From Lachnospiraceae bacterium (GTDB lineage: Bacteria; Bacillota; Clostridia; Lachnospirales; Lachnospiraceae), in contig JAIDOW010000068.1 of assembly GCA_029063085.1 (NCBI GenBank), positions 1 to 32,000 of the forward strand: a stretch of 32,000 nucleotides of DNA, in the 5' to 3' direction. How positions within the stretch are numbered: position 1 is the first letter of the stretch; the number at the start of each line of letters is the position of its first letter. The position numbers and the translations under genes were made by a program. Positions 17,071-26,689 of this stretch are shown here, one piece after another. The notes below the pieces were generated by a model. It was not told the origin of the DNA. It did not search any database and saw only the letters and a program-made list of their open reading frames with translations.

Positions 17071-17982
17071 TTACCCTTTCACACTTCCCGAATACGAGAT
17101 TCCGTCTACCAGATATTCTTCCCCATAAAGGAAGATTAATATCGTCGGCACCATATATATCGTCGCCACTGCAAAAGCCAGCCCCACTTCCCCGGTATTA
17201 ATCTGTGATAAAAATACCGATAATGGGTGTTTGTCTGCATCTGACAGCATAATCAACGGCTGCTCCACCATATTCCAATAATCTATAAAAACCAAAATTG
17301 CTACAGAGGCAATGGAGCCTTTACAAAGAGGTACACAGATTCTGCTAAAAATCTGCCACTCATTTGCTCCGTCCAGCTTAGCAGCCTCAATCAATGAATT
17401 CGGTATTCTCCGCATAAACTTAGTCAGCAGATACACACTAAACGGTGCAAAAAATCCCGGTAACATAATGGACCATCTGGTATCCAGAATATGCAGCCAG
17501 TCTGCCACCAAATAGTTCGGCACCAGCGTAACCTGAAACGGCATCAGCATTAATGCCACATAAAGAAAAAATATGATCTCCTTAAGCCGTCCCCGGAATC
17601 TGGTAAAACTATACGCAGCCCCTAACGCAATAATAATCTGGAAAATCACAATAGGCACCGTCAGAATCACGGAATTCCAAAACTTTAACAGATATTCCGG
17701 ACTCTTTAATAAAACCGTGGAATACTGCGATAAATCCACCATATCCGGGATAAATTTTAAATTCACTTTTTCCGCAACATAATCCGTATTCCGCTCCCCA
17801 TACTGGGTTTCCTTATACTGGTTAAAGATTACACCGTAATTCGTGTTGATTTCCGCAGAAGACATAAAAGAATTTGCCATGGTTAAAATCGTTGGCAGTA
17901 AAAAGGAAATGGCAAAAAGGAAAGCGACTGCTGTCAACAGTATTTTTTTGAAAATATGCCTGCGCCTTTTCGGTTTCTTCAT
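17071..17982 (-). CDS. Carbohydrate (CUT1-type) ABC transporter permease, MalG-like
   Basis: About six TM helices and the EAA loop EAAKLDGANEWQIFSRICVPL. It overlaps the upstream permease gene by 4 nt. Confidence 0.9.
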   Translation of the reverse strand: MKKPKRRRHIFKKILLTAVAFLFAISFLLPTILTMANSFMSSAEINTNYGVIFNQYKETQYGERNTDYVAEKVNLKFIPDMVDLSQYSTVLLKSPEYLLKFWNSVILTVPIVIFQIIIALGAAYSFTRFRGRLKEIIFFLYVALMLMPFQVTLVPNYLVADWLHILDTRWSIMLPGFFAPFSVYLLTKFMRRIPNSLIEAAKLDGANEWQIFSRICVPLCKGSIASVAILVFIDYWNMVEQPLIMLSDADKHPLSVFLSQINTGEVGLAFAVATIYMVPTILIFLYGEEYLVDGISYSGSVKG

Positions 17983-18896
17983 CCTTCCACATCCTTTCCA
18001 AATTTATCCTCTACAATGAATAAAAGACCAATCACAATACACATAACAAGTGCCATTATAATAGCCGCCGCTGACAGCTTCTGATAATCCAGCGAGCGGA
18101 ATGTATTATTCATAAAATGCTGTAGCATATATAAGGTATCATATGGATAATCCCCTGTCAGCAGATAAACCTCCCTAAACACCTTAAAAGAATTGATCAA
18201 TGAAAGAATCGCTACAAATAAAATCGTGGAAGAGAGATACCTTAACTTAATGTACCAGAATTTCTGAAACTCCGTAGCACTTTCCAGCGTCGCAACCTCT
18301 AATACATCTCTTGGAATAGCATTTAATGCTGCCATAAACAAAATCATATTGTATCCAAGATTCTTCCACAAAAACAGAATGACTATCACAATCTGGCTAT
18401 AAGAAGATTTAAACCAGTCGATAGGCGATGCTCCCAGGTTCATGACAAACTCATTGATCGCACCATGATAATCAAACAAAACCTGCCAGATTAACACAAT
18501 AGATGCTACCGGCACCATCATCGGGCTTAAAAAAAATGTCCGAAACTGACTTCTCATTGGAATATTCTGTTCCAGAAGCATTGCCATTCCCAATGACAAC
18601 ACAACAGCAAGCGGTACAGCAACAACCGAAAAAGTCACTGTGTTCTTTGCCGCCTGTTGAAAAGAAGAGTTTTGTAAAATATTTATAAAATTGTCAAACC
18701 ATACAAATTCATGATTGATCGGATTATCTACCAACGCATAATAAATCACGACAAAAAAAGGAATTACAAAAAACAATAATACACCAAACAGGCTGGGTGA
18801 CAGGTATATCACTGCATTTTTCCTATCTTTTTTACTCATTTTCGGTTTCTTGTAAGAAATCTTCAATTCCTCTTCTGGCATTTGTTCCTCCGGCAT
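17979..18896 (-). CDS. Carbohydrate (CUT1-type) ABC transporter permease, MalF-like
   Basis: About six TM helices and the EAA-like loop EVATLESATEFQKFWYIKLRYL. The SD is GGGAGG(N8)ATG. Confidence 0.9.
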   Translation of the reverse strand: MPEEQMPEEELKISYKKPKMSKKDRKNAVIYLSPSLFGVLLFFVIPFFVVIYYALVDNPINHEFVWFDNFINILQNSSFQQAAKNTVTFSVVAVPLAVVLSLGMAMLLEQNIPMRSQFRTFFLSPMMVPVASIVLIWQVLFDYHGAINEFVMNLGASPIDWFKSSYSQIVIVILFLWKNLGYNMILFMAALNAIPRDVLEVATLESATEFQKFWYIKLRYLSSTILFVAILSLINSFKVFREVYLLTGDYPYDTLYMLQHFMNNTFRSLDYQKLSAAAIIMALVMCIVIGLLFIVEDKFGKDVEG

Positions 18897-18964
18897 ACTT
18901 TCTGCCTCCCACTTTTAGTCAATCACCCCGCCGCCTGACCTGCGGGCATCAAACATAGCTTAAA

Positions 18965-19055
18965 GCCGCCACATTAAGTAAATATCAAAATCATCTTAAT
19001 GCGGCAGCCTCACACTGTCCTTACAGGCACACCCAACCGGCTTGCTGCCTGTAAG
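18965..19055 (-). other. Two strong intercistronic stem-loops between the binding-protein and permease genes
   Basis: The first is a perfect 10-bp stem CTTACAGGCA/TGCCTGTAAG (19020-19055). The second pairs 12 of 14 positions (18965-19008). Neither has a clear U-tract, so they may be mRNA-stabilising or attenuating structures. Confidence 0.6.
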
Positions 19056-19062
19056 ATAAAAC

Positions 19063-21510
19063 TTATCGGTTTTCGTTTACATAGGTTTTAATACGGTTCT
19101 GAATAATATCTGCTGTTTCATCCAGACTCTTCTCTCCCGCAAAATAAGCCTTTGCCTCTTCCGTAATAATTTCCATCAAGGCATTATTATATCCACCGGA
19201 TTTATTAGTATTATTCACTAAATCTTCATATAACTTTGCCTCTTTATCCGTCAGCGGAACAATCTTCACTTCCAGATCATCCCATCCCCATGATGAATCT
19301 AACGGCTCAATCTCCTGACCAAATTCATCTGTGTATTTCTCCGTTGTCGTCTTCGCCTTCATCATCATATCAAAGCAGTCCTGTCTGGTAGGATTACCAT
19401 TCATCATACCCTTCCCAACCTGCTTTCCCTGATATTCCTTGGTCATAAAGCTTCTGATAAATTCCCATGCACCTTCCTTGACATCAGACTTAGAGTAAAT
19501 TCCCATTGTACTGTTAAAGTTAAAATATGAACCTTCCCTGTCCTTATTGGGATATCCGATAAAAGTAATGTCTTCTCCGAACATCTTTTCATAAAGCTCC
19601 ACGCTCTCGACATCTATCCAGCCATCATTAAACAGCACCTTGCCTTCCTTGATCAAAGTAGGCATACTGGGGGCATCTTCATTATACTCTGTTTCTTCAT
19701 TCTTTCCTTTATTGCAAATTTCCAGAATACTCTTAAAGTCCTGACCGTCAAAGCTGCACTCTCCGGTAGTCCAGTCAATAAAATCATTGATTCCGATGCT
19801 TAGGAACGAATACAGCATGTCGGATTTGTTTTCAGAATAAAATGGTCTCGCACTGTCACCCTTTTCCTCTAACAAGGCTTTCAACTCATCAAAAGTCCAT
19901 CCGCTCTTATCTCCCACATCCTTTGTTCTCGCGATCAACGTAGAAATACCGAAACCAGGTGTAACAAAATAGAATTTATCATTTGTTTTCATCGCCTCTG
20001 CCACGGAAGGAATCAGAACATCCGGCTTCACTTCGGAATCCTTTTCCATATAAGGAGTCAGATCCTCTAACAGCCCCTTTGCAACATACTGATCAATCGG
20101 TATATTATCCAGGCTGATGATATCCGGAACATTTCCTGCAATGATATCAGCATTCATCTTTGTTTCGGGATCCTCCTCATTGGAATAATCCTTAAACTCA
20201 ATCCTATATTCCTGATTTGTTTTATTAAACTCAATCGCTGCACTCTTAATATTGTCATCCATCCACATTGCACCGAATGTAATCGTCTTTTTATCTTTAA
20301 TCGTGGTCGGATCTACCTTACTGTACAGAACAAATTTGCTGCCCTCTTCCATCCATGTAGTTCCCAGCATCTGATCCTTTGCAATCGGCATGATATTATA
20401 GGAGGAATCCGAATTAATGTCGGATGCCACATAATCCATAACCTTCGTACTCTTCTTACCTGCAATATCATATCCATAAATACCGGTGTTATCTTTGTAA
20501 TAGAAATCGTATTCGTTGCCATCCATCAGAGAATCGGAACTCTGGAAATACTGCAAATCAGGCTTAATGCTTTCACCCCATTTTTTATTTTCGATATCCA
20601 GCACCTGTACTTTAGCACCATTTTCATCACTGGCACCACAGACAACCTTTCCATCCTTTGTTTTTGCTCCGCCGTCTATATAACTATCCGATTTGACTTC
20701 ACAAATAACCTTGGTACAGGTCTCATCTAATACGATAACATCCTGATCCTTTATAAAAATCAGCCTTCCCTCGTCATCCAATAAAACCTTACTCATCCAT
20801 GATTCCTGACTAATCTTAAGAAGATCCGTAACATCCTCTTTAAATATTTCTTTGCCGTCTGCATCAAGTTTTTGTACTGTGTATGAATTCTTTTCTGTTT
20901 TTTCATCCCACGAACCTAATACCAGAGTATATGTGTTATCTTTACCCACCAGAAAATAATTAATATATTCATTCTCTGAAAATTCAGGAATCGAAATCTC
21001 TTTTATATCACTTCCGTCCAGATTCATGGAATATATTCTGGTGACACTGGTTCCGTCTACTTCCACTTCTTCAGAACCCTCTTCTTCCGTTGATTCCTCA
21101 CCAGAAGTTTCTTCTGTCGACTCTTCATCAGAAGACTCCTGTGTTGTAGCCTCTTCCGTTGTCTGCTCATCTTCACTGGATCCTTCTTCGGTTGTTGCAT
21201 TCTCTTCACCGGAATTCTCTTCGGTTGCGTCTTCTTTTTCCCCTTCCTCAGAATCCCCCTTGGAACCTTCCTTTTCAATCCATTCATAGGTATTAAAATA
21301 TATCTTATCTCCCTGAACACTAAAGGCTCCGATATCTCCTTTTACTCCCTCCAGAGTCAGATCCGTACCGGCAAATATCATCTCCTTCGTATCTGCCTTT
21401 TTTTCTTTCTTGCTGCTGCCGCCGTCCTTTTTCCCACAGCCTGCCATAGAAAATATCATTGCTGCCGTCATCACGAGAGCAATTGATTTTTTCAGTATTC
21501 CTCTATTCAT
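19063..21510 (-). CDS. Large lipoprotein: beta-propeller-like N-terminal domain with an acidic insert, fused to an ABC solute-binding domain
   Basis: The ATG at 21510 follows AGGAGG. A lipobox is present (FSMAGC). About 70 aa of E/S/T-rich low complexity correspond to roughly nt 21050-21270. Repeated ...IYF.../...IYSMNLDGS... blades are seen. The C-terminal ~400 aa look like a family-1 SBP (ITFGAMWMDD..., IIAGNVPDII, ...IGYPN...). Confidence 0.75.
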   Translation of the reverse strand: MNRGILKKSIALVMTAAMIFSMAGCGKKDGGSSKKEKKADTKEMIFAGTDLTLEGVKGDIGAFSVQGDKIYFNTYEWIEKEGSKGDSEEGEKEDATEENSGEENATTEEGSSEDEQTTEEATTQESSDEESTEETSGEESTEEEGSEEVEVDGTSVTRIYSMNLDGSDIKEISIPEFSENEYINYFLVGKDNTYTLVLGSWDEKTEKNSYTVQKLDADGKEIFKEDVTDLLKISQESWMSKVLLDDEGRLIFIKDQDVIVLDETCTKVICEVKSDSYIDGGAKTKDGKVVCGASDENGAKVQVLDIENKKWGESIKPDLQYFQSSDSLMDGNEYDFYYKDNTGIYGYDIAGKKSTKVMDYVASDINSDSSYNIMPIAKDQMLGTTWMEEGSKFVLYSKVDPTTIKDKKTITFGAMWMDDNIKSAAIEFNKTNQEYRIEFKDYSNEEDPETKMNADIIAGNVPDIISLDNIPIDQYVAKGLLEDLTPYMEKDSEVKPDVLIPSVAEAMKTNDKFYFVTPGFGISTLIARTKDVGDKSGWTFDELKALLEEKGDSARPFYSENKSDMLYSFLSIGINDFIDWTTGECSFDGQDFKSILEICNKGKNEETEYNEDAPSMPTLIKEGKVLFNDGWIDVESVELYEKMFGEDITFIGYPNKDREGSYFNFNSTMGIYSKSDVKEGAWEFIRSFMTKEYQGKQVGKGMMNGNPTRQDCFDMMMKAKTTTEKYTDEFGQEIEPLDSSWGWDDLEVKIVPLTDKEAKLYEDLVNNTNKSGGYNNALMEIITEEAKAYFAGEKSLDETADIIQNRIKTYVNENR

Positions 21511-21643
21511 GGTATACCTCCTGTTTCTTATTAGAATAAAGCTATGTACTTCACTTAGCATTACTTCCTTCAACAGACTAGAGTATACCATATCATTTAC
21601 TCAGAATCTATAACTTTCATAATTTTTAAGAAAAACGTCAGAA

Positions 21644-22990
21644 TTACAAATTTTCGCCGTTCGTTGCAATTACGTCCTTATACCAGTATCCGGAATCCTT
21701 GATAATCCTTTCCTGCGTACGATAATCCACATAAATCAGCCCAAAACGCTGGGTATATCCTTCTGCCCACTCATAATTATCCATTAAGCTCCAATGGAGA
21801 TAACCCATTAACGGCACACCTTCCTCTCCTGCACGCATAAATTCTTTCAGATACCGGTGTGTATAATCTATCCGATAGGAATCATGTACTTTACCGTCCA
21901 GACATACCCAGTCATGCTCTGCCATACCGTTTTCGGTTATCAGAATCGGCTTTCCATATCTTTCATATAAAAACTTTGCAGACCAGTACATAACCTCGGG
22001 AGACATCACCCACCCCACATGGGTTTCCGGACTTCCCTGATAACGGTTTTCAGGATATCCTTCTGCTGCCTTGTCTGCCTGGGAATAATAAATATTGGTT
22101 CCGTAAAAATCTAACGGTTCGGTTATTACTTTTATTTCTTCTTCACTAAATTCAGGTACCATATCCCCGAACTGCTCGTATAATTCCTCTGGATAATGTC
22201 CTAAAAATACCGGATCAGACCAATAACTCAAGCTAAACGGAAATGCTTCCCCGCCTATGGAAAAGGTCTTCCTTCTTGCTTCATCTACTGCTTCTTTGCT
22301 GTCATTTTCCGGTATATAAGACGGTCCGATTGGCGTAAATCCGATAACCGGATCTCTCTTTGCATTTCTTCTGATATAGCCCGCAGCTTCCCCATGGGAT
22401 AATAAAATATTACGTCCCATTTTTAATAAATCCACGGTCTGGGCATGGGCAAAAGGTGCGTGGAACCCACCCAGATACCCGCATCCCAGAACACACTGCG
22501 GTTCATTAATCGTAACCCAGTATTTCACCCTGTCAGACAGAACATCTACGATCACTTTTGTGTACGCTAAAAACCATTCCGGACTGTCATCATTTAACCA
22601 TGCACCTTTTCTGTGCAGTGCATACGGATAATCCCAGTGATAAAGCGTAACGATTGGTTCAATACCATTCGCAATCAGTTTATCCACCAATTCCGAATAA
22701 AACTGCAAGCCTTTTTGATTGATTCTGCCTGTCCCCTCTGGTATTACCCGCGGCCAGCTGATAGAAAACCGGTAATAAGGGATTCCCAGTTCCACCATCA
22801 GTGCGATATCCTCATCTACCCTGTGATAATGATCACATGCTGTCTTTCCGTCTTCATTGTATCTTGTATTTCCGTGATTTCCCGAATAAACATCCCAAAT
22901 GCTAAGTCCTTTTCCGTCTTCTTTATATGCTCCCTCCAGCTGGTATGCAGCAGAAGCTGCTCCCCAGATAAAATCTTTTTGAAAACCCAT
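21644..22990 (-). CDS. GH1 beta-glucosidase
   Basis: 448 aa with FIWGAASAAYQLEG, the acid/base TINEP and the nucleophile ITENG. It is the first gene of the operon. Confidence 0.92.
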   Translation of the reverse strand: MGFQKDFIWGAASAAYQLEGAYKEDGKGLSIWDVYSGNHGNTRYNEDGKTACDHYHRVDEDIALMVELGIPYYRFSISWPRVIPEGTGRINQKGLQFYSELVDKLIANGIEPIVTLYHWDYPYALHRKGAWLNDDSPEWFLAYTKVIVDVLSDRVKYWVTINEPQCVLGCGYLGGFHAPFAHAQTVDLLKMGRNILLSHGEAAGYIRRNAKRDPVIGFTPIGPSYIPENDSKEAVDEARRKTFSIGGEAFPFSLSYWSDPVFLGHYPEELYEQFGDMVPEFSEEEIKVITEPLDFYGTNIYYSQADKAAEGYPENRYQGSPETHVGWVMSPEVMYWSAKFLYERYGKPILITENGMAEHDWVCLDGKVHDSYRIDYTHRYLKEFMRAGEEGVPLMGYLHWSLMDNYEWAEGYTQRFGLIYVDYRTQERIIKDSGYWYKDVIATNGENL

Positions 22991-23165
22991 ATCATATACC
23001 TCCTGATTACAGTATCGTTTCTATACCCTCACTATACCTAAGCATGTAAAAAAAGTAAATAAAAATATTGTATATATTTATAACATTCCTGCTTTCCTGT
23101 CTGTTATTCATATCTTTTTCCATTTCTTCATATACATACAAAGAAACCTTTTCTCCGGAGCCCTT

Positions 23166-25091
23166 ATGCACATTTTCATGTCCCATAAAAAAAAGGTCAT
23201 TTTTCTTCTTAGTCTTATTACAATCCTGTTTTGTACATTCCTTTTATCAAACAGCAAAACAGACCTTTCCACCGATACGGAGCAGTTCCATGCCAGACTG
23301 TTGGAAAAAATAGAACAGGCTGATTCTTTTGAAGATTTTACCAATGCACTTTTTTGTTACGAGGTCACGGCTGATTCTATTACTACTGCGTATAAATTAA
23401 AAAATCCCAGCTCCTATGACATTCCCTCACTGCCTGCGGTGCTCTCTTCTTTTTCCTATAAAGATTATGAAAAAAGCAGTCAGAAAAAAAGTGACGGAAA
23501 AATATTTTCCCTTTTATCCTCTACTTTGAAACGTTTCCAATCCGCTGAGCTTTCTTCGCCTGAACAGTTAAGCTTTGAACTTCTCCAAAATCATCTCGCA
23601 CTGAACCAGAAATTAAGCGGCTATGCATATTATGAAGATCTGCTTGGCGCCTCTACTGGTGTACAGGCAAATCTTCCTGTCACACTGGGGGAATATCCTT
23701 TGTATACGGAAGATTCCGTAAAGACTTATCTAACACTGCTCAAACAAATACCCAATTATTTTGATAACGTGATTTCCTACCAAAAACACCGCAATAAAAT
23801 TGGCTTTACTACCCCTGATTTTTTGATGGAGGATACAAAGGCAAAAATGTATACCCTTATAGAAAGCCTGAAAGAACCCGACAACTGCTTTGCGGCCACT
23901 TTTGAAGAGCGGATTGCTTCCACGGACGGATTATCCGCAAAAAAGAAAGCGCACTATACCAGCCAGAACCGCCTGTATATTGAAAAATATATACTGCCAG
24001 CCTATGAATCCCTTTATAGCTATGTAGATTCCTTACTTGACACCTCTGAAAACGGATCACAAAAAAAATCTGCCAAAACAGAACAAACGGATACCTCACA
24101 AAATACCGATTCCTCCGCTATATGTCGTCCAGACCAGCAGACGGCTTATGGTCTTGCTTCCCTTCCTGACGGTGCCGCTTACTATTCCCTGCTGGTTAAG
24201 GATTCCACAGGCTCAGACCGCAGTATGGAAGAATTGATTAGCATGGTTGATTCTTCTTTAAAACAGACTCTCGGCAACGTGCTAAATATTGCCCTTACAG
24301 ACCCAAATGCTTATTACTACTACTGTGAGCATCCAATTGAAACCTATTACCAGACTCCGGAATCTATCCTGGAAGCACTTTCCCTCATGATCAGGGAGGA
24401 TTATCCGGTTCTTAGCACCCCGCCTTCTTACAAGATAAAAACCGTGCCTGACAGTCTTGCCGCTTCTTTAAGTCCGGCTTTTTATATGATTCCGGCCATA
24501 GATGATTATCAAAACAATACCATTTATATCAATCCCCTTTATACAAACGAAGAAAACGGCAACCTGTTTACCACCCTCGCCCATGAAGGCTTTCCCGGTC
24601 ATCTTTACCAGACCGTCTATTTTAACGACACAAATCCTTCTCCCATCCGCAATATTCTGGACTATCCGGGTTATGTGGAGGGATGGGCAACCTACGTGGA
24701 AATGCATTCCTTCTCTTATCTGGATTATCCGTTAGAAGGGGATTCCCTGTGCCGGCTTTATCAGGCAGATACGATCATCAATCTTGCCCTTTGTTCCCGC
24801 ATCGACATGGGGGTCAATTACGAGGGCTGGACTCTGGCAGATACCCGGAAATTTTTTGAGGATAATGGGTTTAACAGCTATTACGCAGAAGATGTATATT
24901 CTTATGTCGTAGAAGCTCCTGCCAATTATTTAAGCTATTTCATTGGATATCTGGAAATTGAAGATTTAAAACAATGCTATAAACAGCAGGAAATGGAGAA
25001 CTATTCCGAGAAAGAATTTCATAAGAAGCTGTTAGATATTGGTCCTTCCGATTTTACAACACTGCGGAAATTTCTGCTGGTAAATCCGTAA
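23166..25091 (+). CDS. DUF885-family (metallopeptidase-like) exported protein
   Basis: 641 aa with an N-terminal hydrophobic anchor and a C-terminal HEGFPGHLYQ...GYVEGWATY signature typical of DUF885. Confidence 0.75.
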   Translation: MHIFMSHKKKVIFLLSLITILFCTFLLSNSKTDLSTDTEQFHARLLEKIEQADSFEDFTNALFCYEVTADSITTAYKLKNPSSYDIPSLPAVLSSFSYKDYEKSSQKKSDGKIFSLLSSTLKRFQSAELSSPEQLSFELLQNHLALNQKLSGYAYYEDLLGASTGVQANLPVTLGEYPLYTEDSVKTYLTLLKQIPNYFDNVISYQKHRNKIGFTTPDFLMEDTKAKMYTLIESLKEPDNCFAATFEERIASTDGLSAKKKAHYTSQNRLYIEKYILPAYESLYSYVDSLLDTSENGSQKKSAKTEQTDTSQNTDSSAICRPDQQTAYGLASLPDGAAYYSLLVKDSTGSDRSMEELISMVDSSLKQTLGNVLNIALTDPNAYYYYCEHPIETYYQTPESILEALSLMIREDYPVLSTPPSYKIKTVPDSLAASLSPAFYMIPAIDDYQNNTIYINPLYTNEENGNLFTTLAHEGFPGHLYQTVYFNDTNPSPIRNILDYPGYVEGWATYVEMHSFSYLDYPLEGDSLCRLYQADTIINLALCSRIDMGVNYEGWTLADTRKFFEDNGFNSYYAEDVYSYVVEAPANYLSYFIGYLEIEDLKQCYKQQEMENYSEKEFHKKLLDIGPSDFTTLRKFLLVNP

Positions 25092-25103
25092 GCCAGCAGA
25101 AAT
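25070..25103. other. Perfect 11-bp inverted repeat shared by two convergent gene ends
   Basis: ATTTCTGCTGG (25070-25080) pairs with CCAGCAGAAAT (25093-25103) across a 12-nt loop that contains the DUF885 stop. The right arm touches the stop of the HipA-like gene. There is no U-tract on either side. Confidence 0.6.
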
Positions 25104-25867
25104 CATTCCTGCAAAACGCCGTTTTTCTCATATCGCAAAAGCTGATACTCCAACACTTCTTTTTCCCTGGAATATGGTTCTGCATCAAGCCACCTGCGGA
25201 CTCCTTGACAATCTAATGTAAACCCTTTTCCAAGATACTCATACATTTTCTCATGAGAACCGGAAAACGGTCTTGCTATTACTCTTTTTACATTCTCTTC
25301 CACCGGAAATTTCCAGTTTACACTTTGGTTAGCAGTAAGCAATGATACTCCATTATCAAAAATAGGTGCACATACAAAATTATCCTTTTTAAAGATCACT
25401 GCCAGATTATTCAAGTGCCGGTCTTCATTAAGAACAATCATATCCAGCATAATAACCTTTTTCAGATAATCCCGTATATCCAGATTACAGCTTTGTTTTA
25501 CAAACCGCAGGACATATTCTATCCGCTCCTCCATCTTATCCATTCCTGCCAAAGCCTGACTTAAATCTTTACCAAACTCATTATAATACAGGCGATAAAT
25601 AGTAACCAGTTCTTCTCCCTCCCCAAGAAAGTTCTTACTCCTGCATCCCGGAATCTCATTGATATACCCTTGCTCGTATAATACATAATCCGTTTGTTCC
25701 ATCTCAGAAAAAGTCAAAAGCTTTGATACCAGATACTCTGCCAGTCCCTCTTTTCCCCTGTTATCCTTTTTGTACCAGTAATCGCCTTTTTTGTATTTTA
25801 TCTGTGTGCCTTCACTGGTTCCTGCCTGTGAAACAATATATTCTTCTTCTACCTTTTCCCGAAACAT
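25103..25867 (-). CDS. HipA-like serine/threonine kinase, catalytic (C-terminal) part
   Basis: A catalytic-loop-like LNEDRHLNNLAVI, a Mg-binding-like PIFDNG and a P-loop-like GTSEGTQIKYKK are present. The SD-like GAGGT lies 6 nt before the ATG. The gene is in the same frame as the upstream ORF. Confidence 0.65.
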   Translation of the reverse strand: MFREKVEEEYIVSQAGTSEGTQIKYKKGDYWYKKDNRGKEGLAEYLVSKLLTFSEMEQTDYVLYEQGYINEIPGCRSKNFLGEGEELVTIYRLYYNEFGKDLSQALAGMDKMEERIEYVLRFVKQSCNLDIRDYLKKVIMLDMIVLNEDRHLNNLAVIFKKDNFVCAPIFDNGVSLLTANQSVNWKFPVEENVKRVIARPFSGSHEKMYEYLGKGFTLDCQGVRRWLDAEPYSREKEVLEYQLLRYEKNGVLQE

Positions 25868-25870
25868 ATT

Positions 25871-26620
25871 CTACCTCACCAAAACATCTTTTGCCGTCAG
25901 CTTCTCACCTGGAAAACGAAACCAAATATAATCATTATAGGATACCCCATGTGTTTTCCTGACCAACTCCTGCGGATTATATTCCGTTAGTTCTAACCGT
26001 TCAAGAATCTGCCGGATATCTCCTCTTCCCTTATCAAAACACCGCATTTCCAAAATCCGGTTCAACTGATATCTTGTCATATTCTCCTTTGCAAACAGCT
26101 GTTTTAATGGATGACTGGAATACCGGGAAACATGTACTCTGCTCCCTTTAACTGCCACCCGAGCTGTAATCTCATCCCGCCAAAATACCTCAAAAGAATA
26201 ATCTTCAAGCATACTCTCCCGCATACGCTGCTTCTCCATTCTCTGTAAAGCCTGCCTTAACTGCTCGCTTAAAAGCTGCTGCTCCTTCCTCTGCATCAAG
26301 AGCTCCTTTCTTCTGGAAATCTCTTTCTCCTCCTGATACACAGCACCTGGATATACCTTTCCCAAACATTTATACTTTAATACACCATCTTCTCTCCATT
26401 GCTCATAATAGTACTTATTTCCTTTAATAGTTTTAATCACAATTGATTTCTGACAGGTTCCCAATTCATCAAGTTCCCTGCCTATTCTTTCCAAATCGGC
26501 AAGAACTTTCTTTTCTTCTGCCAAAATGAACTGATAAATCCGTTCAGCATCCTTCACGACCATCACCTCCTGCCACGTCCCCATATAATGTGACGAATTG
26601 TTATAATCATATTTTAACAT
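25871..26620 (-). CDS. Coiled-coil protein whose C-terminal half resembles the N-terminal domain of Clostridia/Bacteroides HipA-like proteins
   Basis: The C-terminal segment ...RCFDKGRGDIRQILERLELTEYNPQELVRKTHGVSYNDYIWFRFPGEKL... matches, from memory, the pattern that precedes the kinase core in single-chain HipA-like proteins. It ends at a TAG 3 nt before the kinase ATG. The start is uncertain (26620, 26584, 26563 or a GTG at 26557). Confidence 0.5.
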   Translation of the reverse strand: MLKYDYNNSSHYMGTWQEVMVVKDAERIYQFILAEEKKVLADLERIGRELDELGTCQKSIVIKTIKGNKYYYEQWREDGVLKYKCLGKVYPGAVYQEEKEISRRKELLMQRKEQQLLSEQLRQALQRMEKQRMRESMLEDYSFEVFWRDEITARVAVKGSRVHVSRYSSHPLKQLFAKENMTRYQLNRILEMRCFDKGRGDIRQILERLELTEYNPQELVRKTHGVSYNDYIWFRFPGEKLTAKDVLVR

Positions 26621-26689
26621 ACATTTTATTATTTTTCAATGAACATATGTTAAAGCAAAATTGTTATCGTCTGTTAATTCTCCAAAAAC

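Noticed and set aside
21026-21320. An 87-aa S-rich ORF on the plus strand and an 87-aa K/R-rich ORF on the minus strand.
   Set aside because: Both are alternative-frame readings of the E/S/T-rich low-complexity insert of the lipoprotein gene.
25871-25873. The in-frame TAG might represent programmed read-through, pyrrolysine or alternative-code recoding.
   Set aside because: Other genes in this window end at TAG with normal downstream structure (for example the adaptor gene, the PTS gene and the XRE gene). No pyl genes or PYLIS-like evidence is visible. A nonsense mutation or a genuine two-gene split is more economical.
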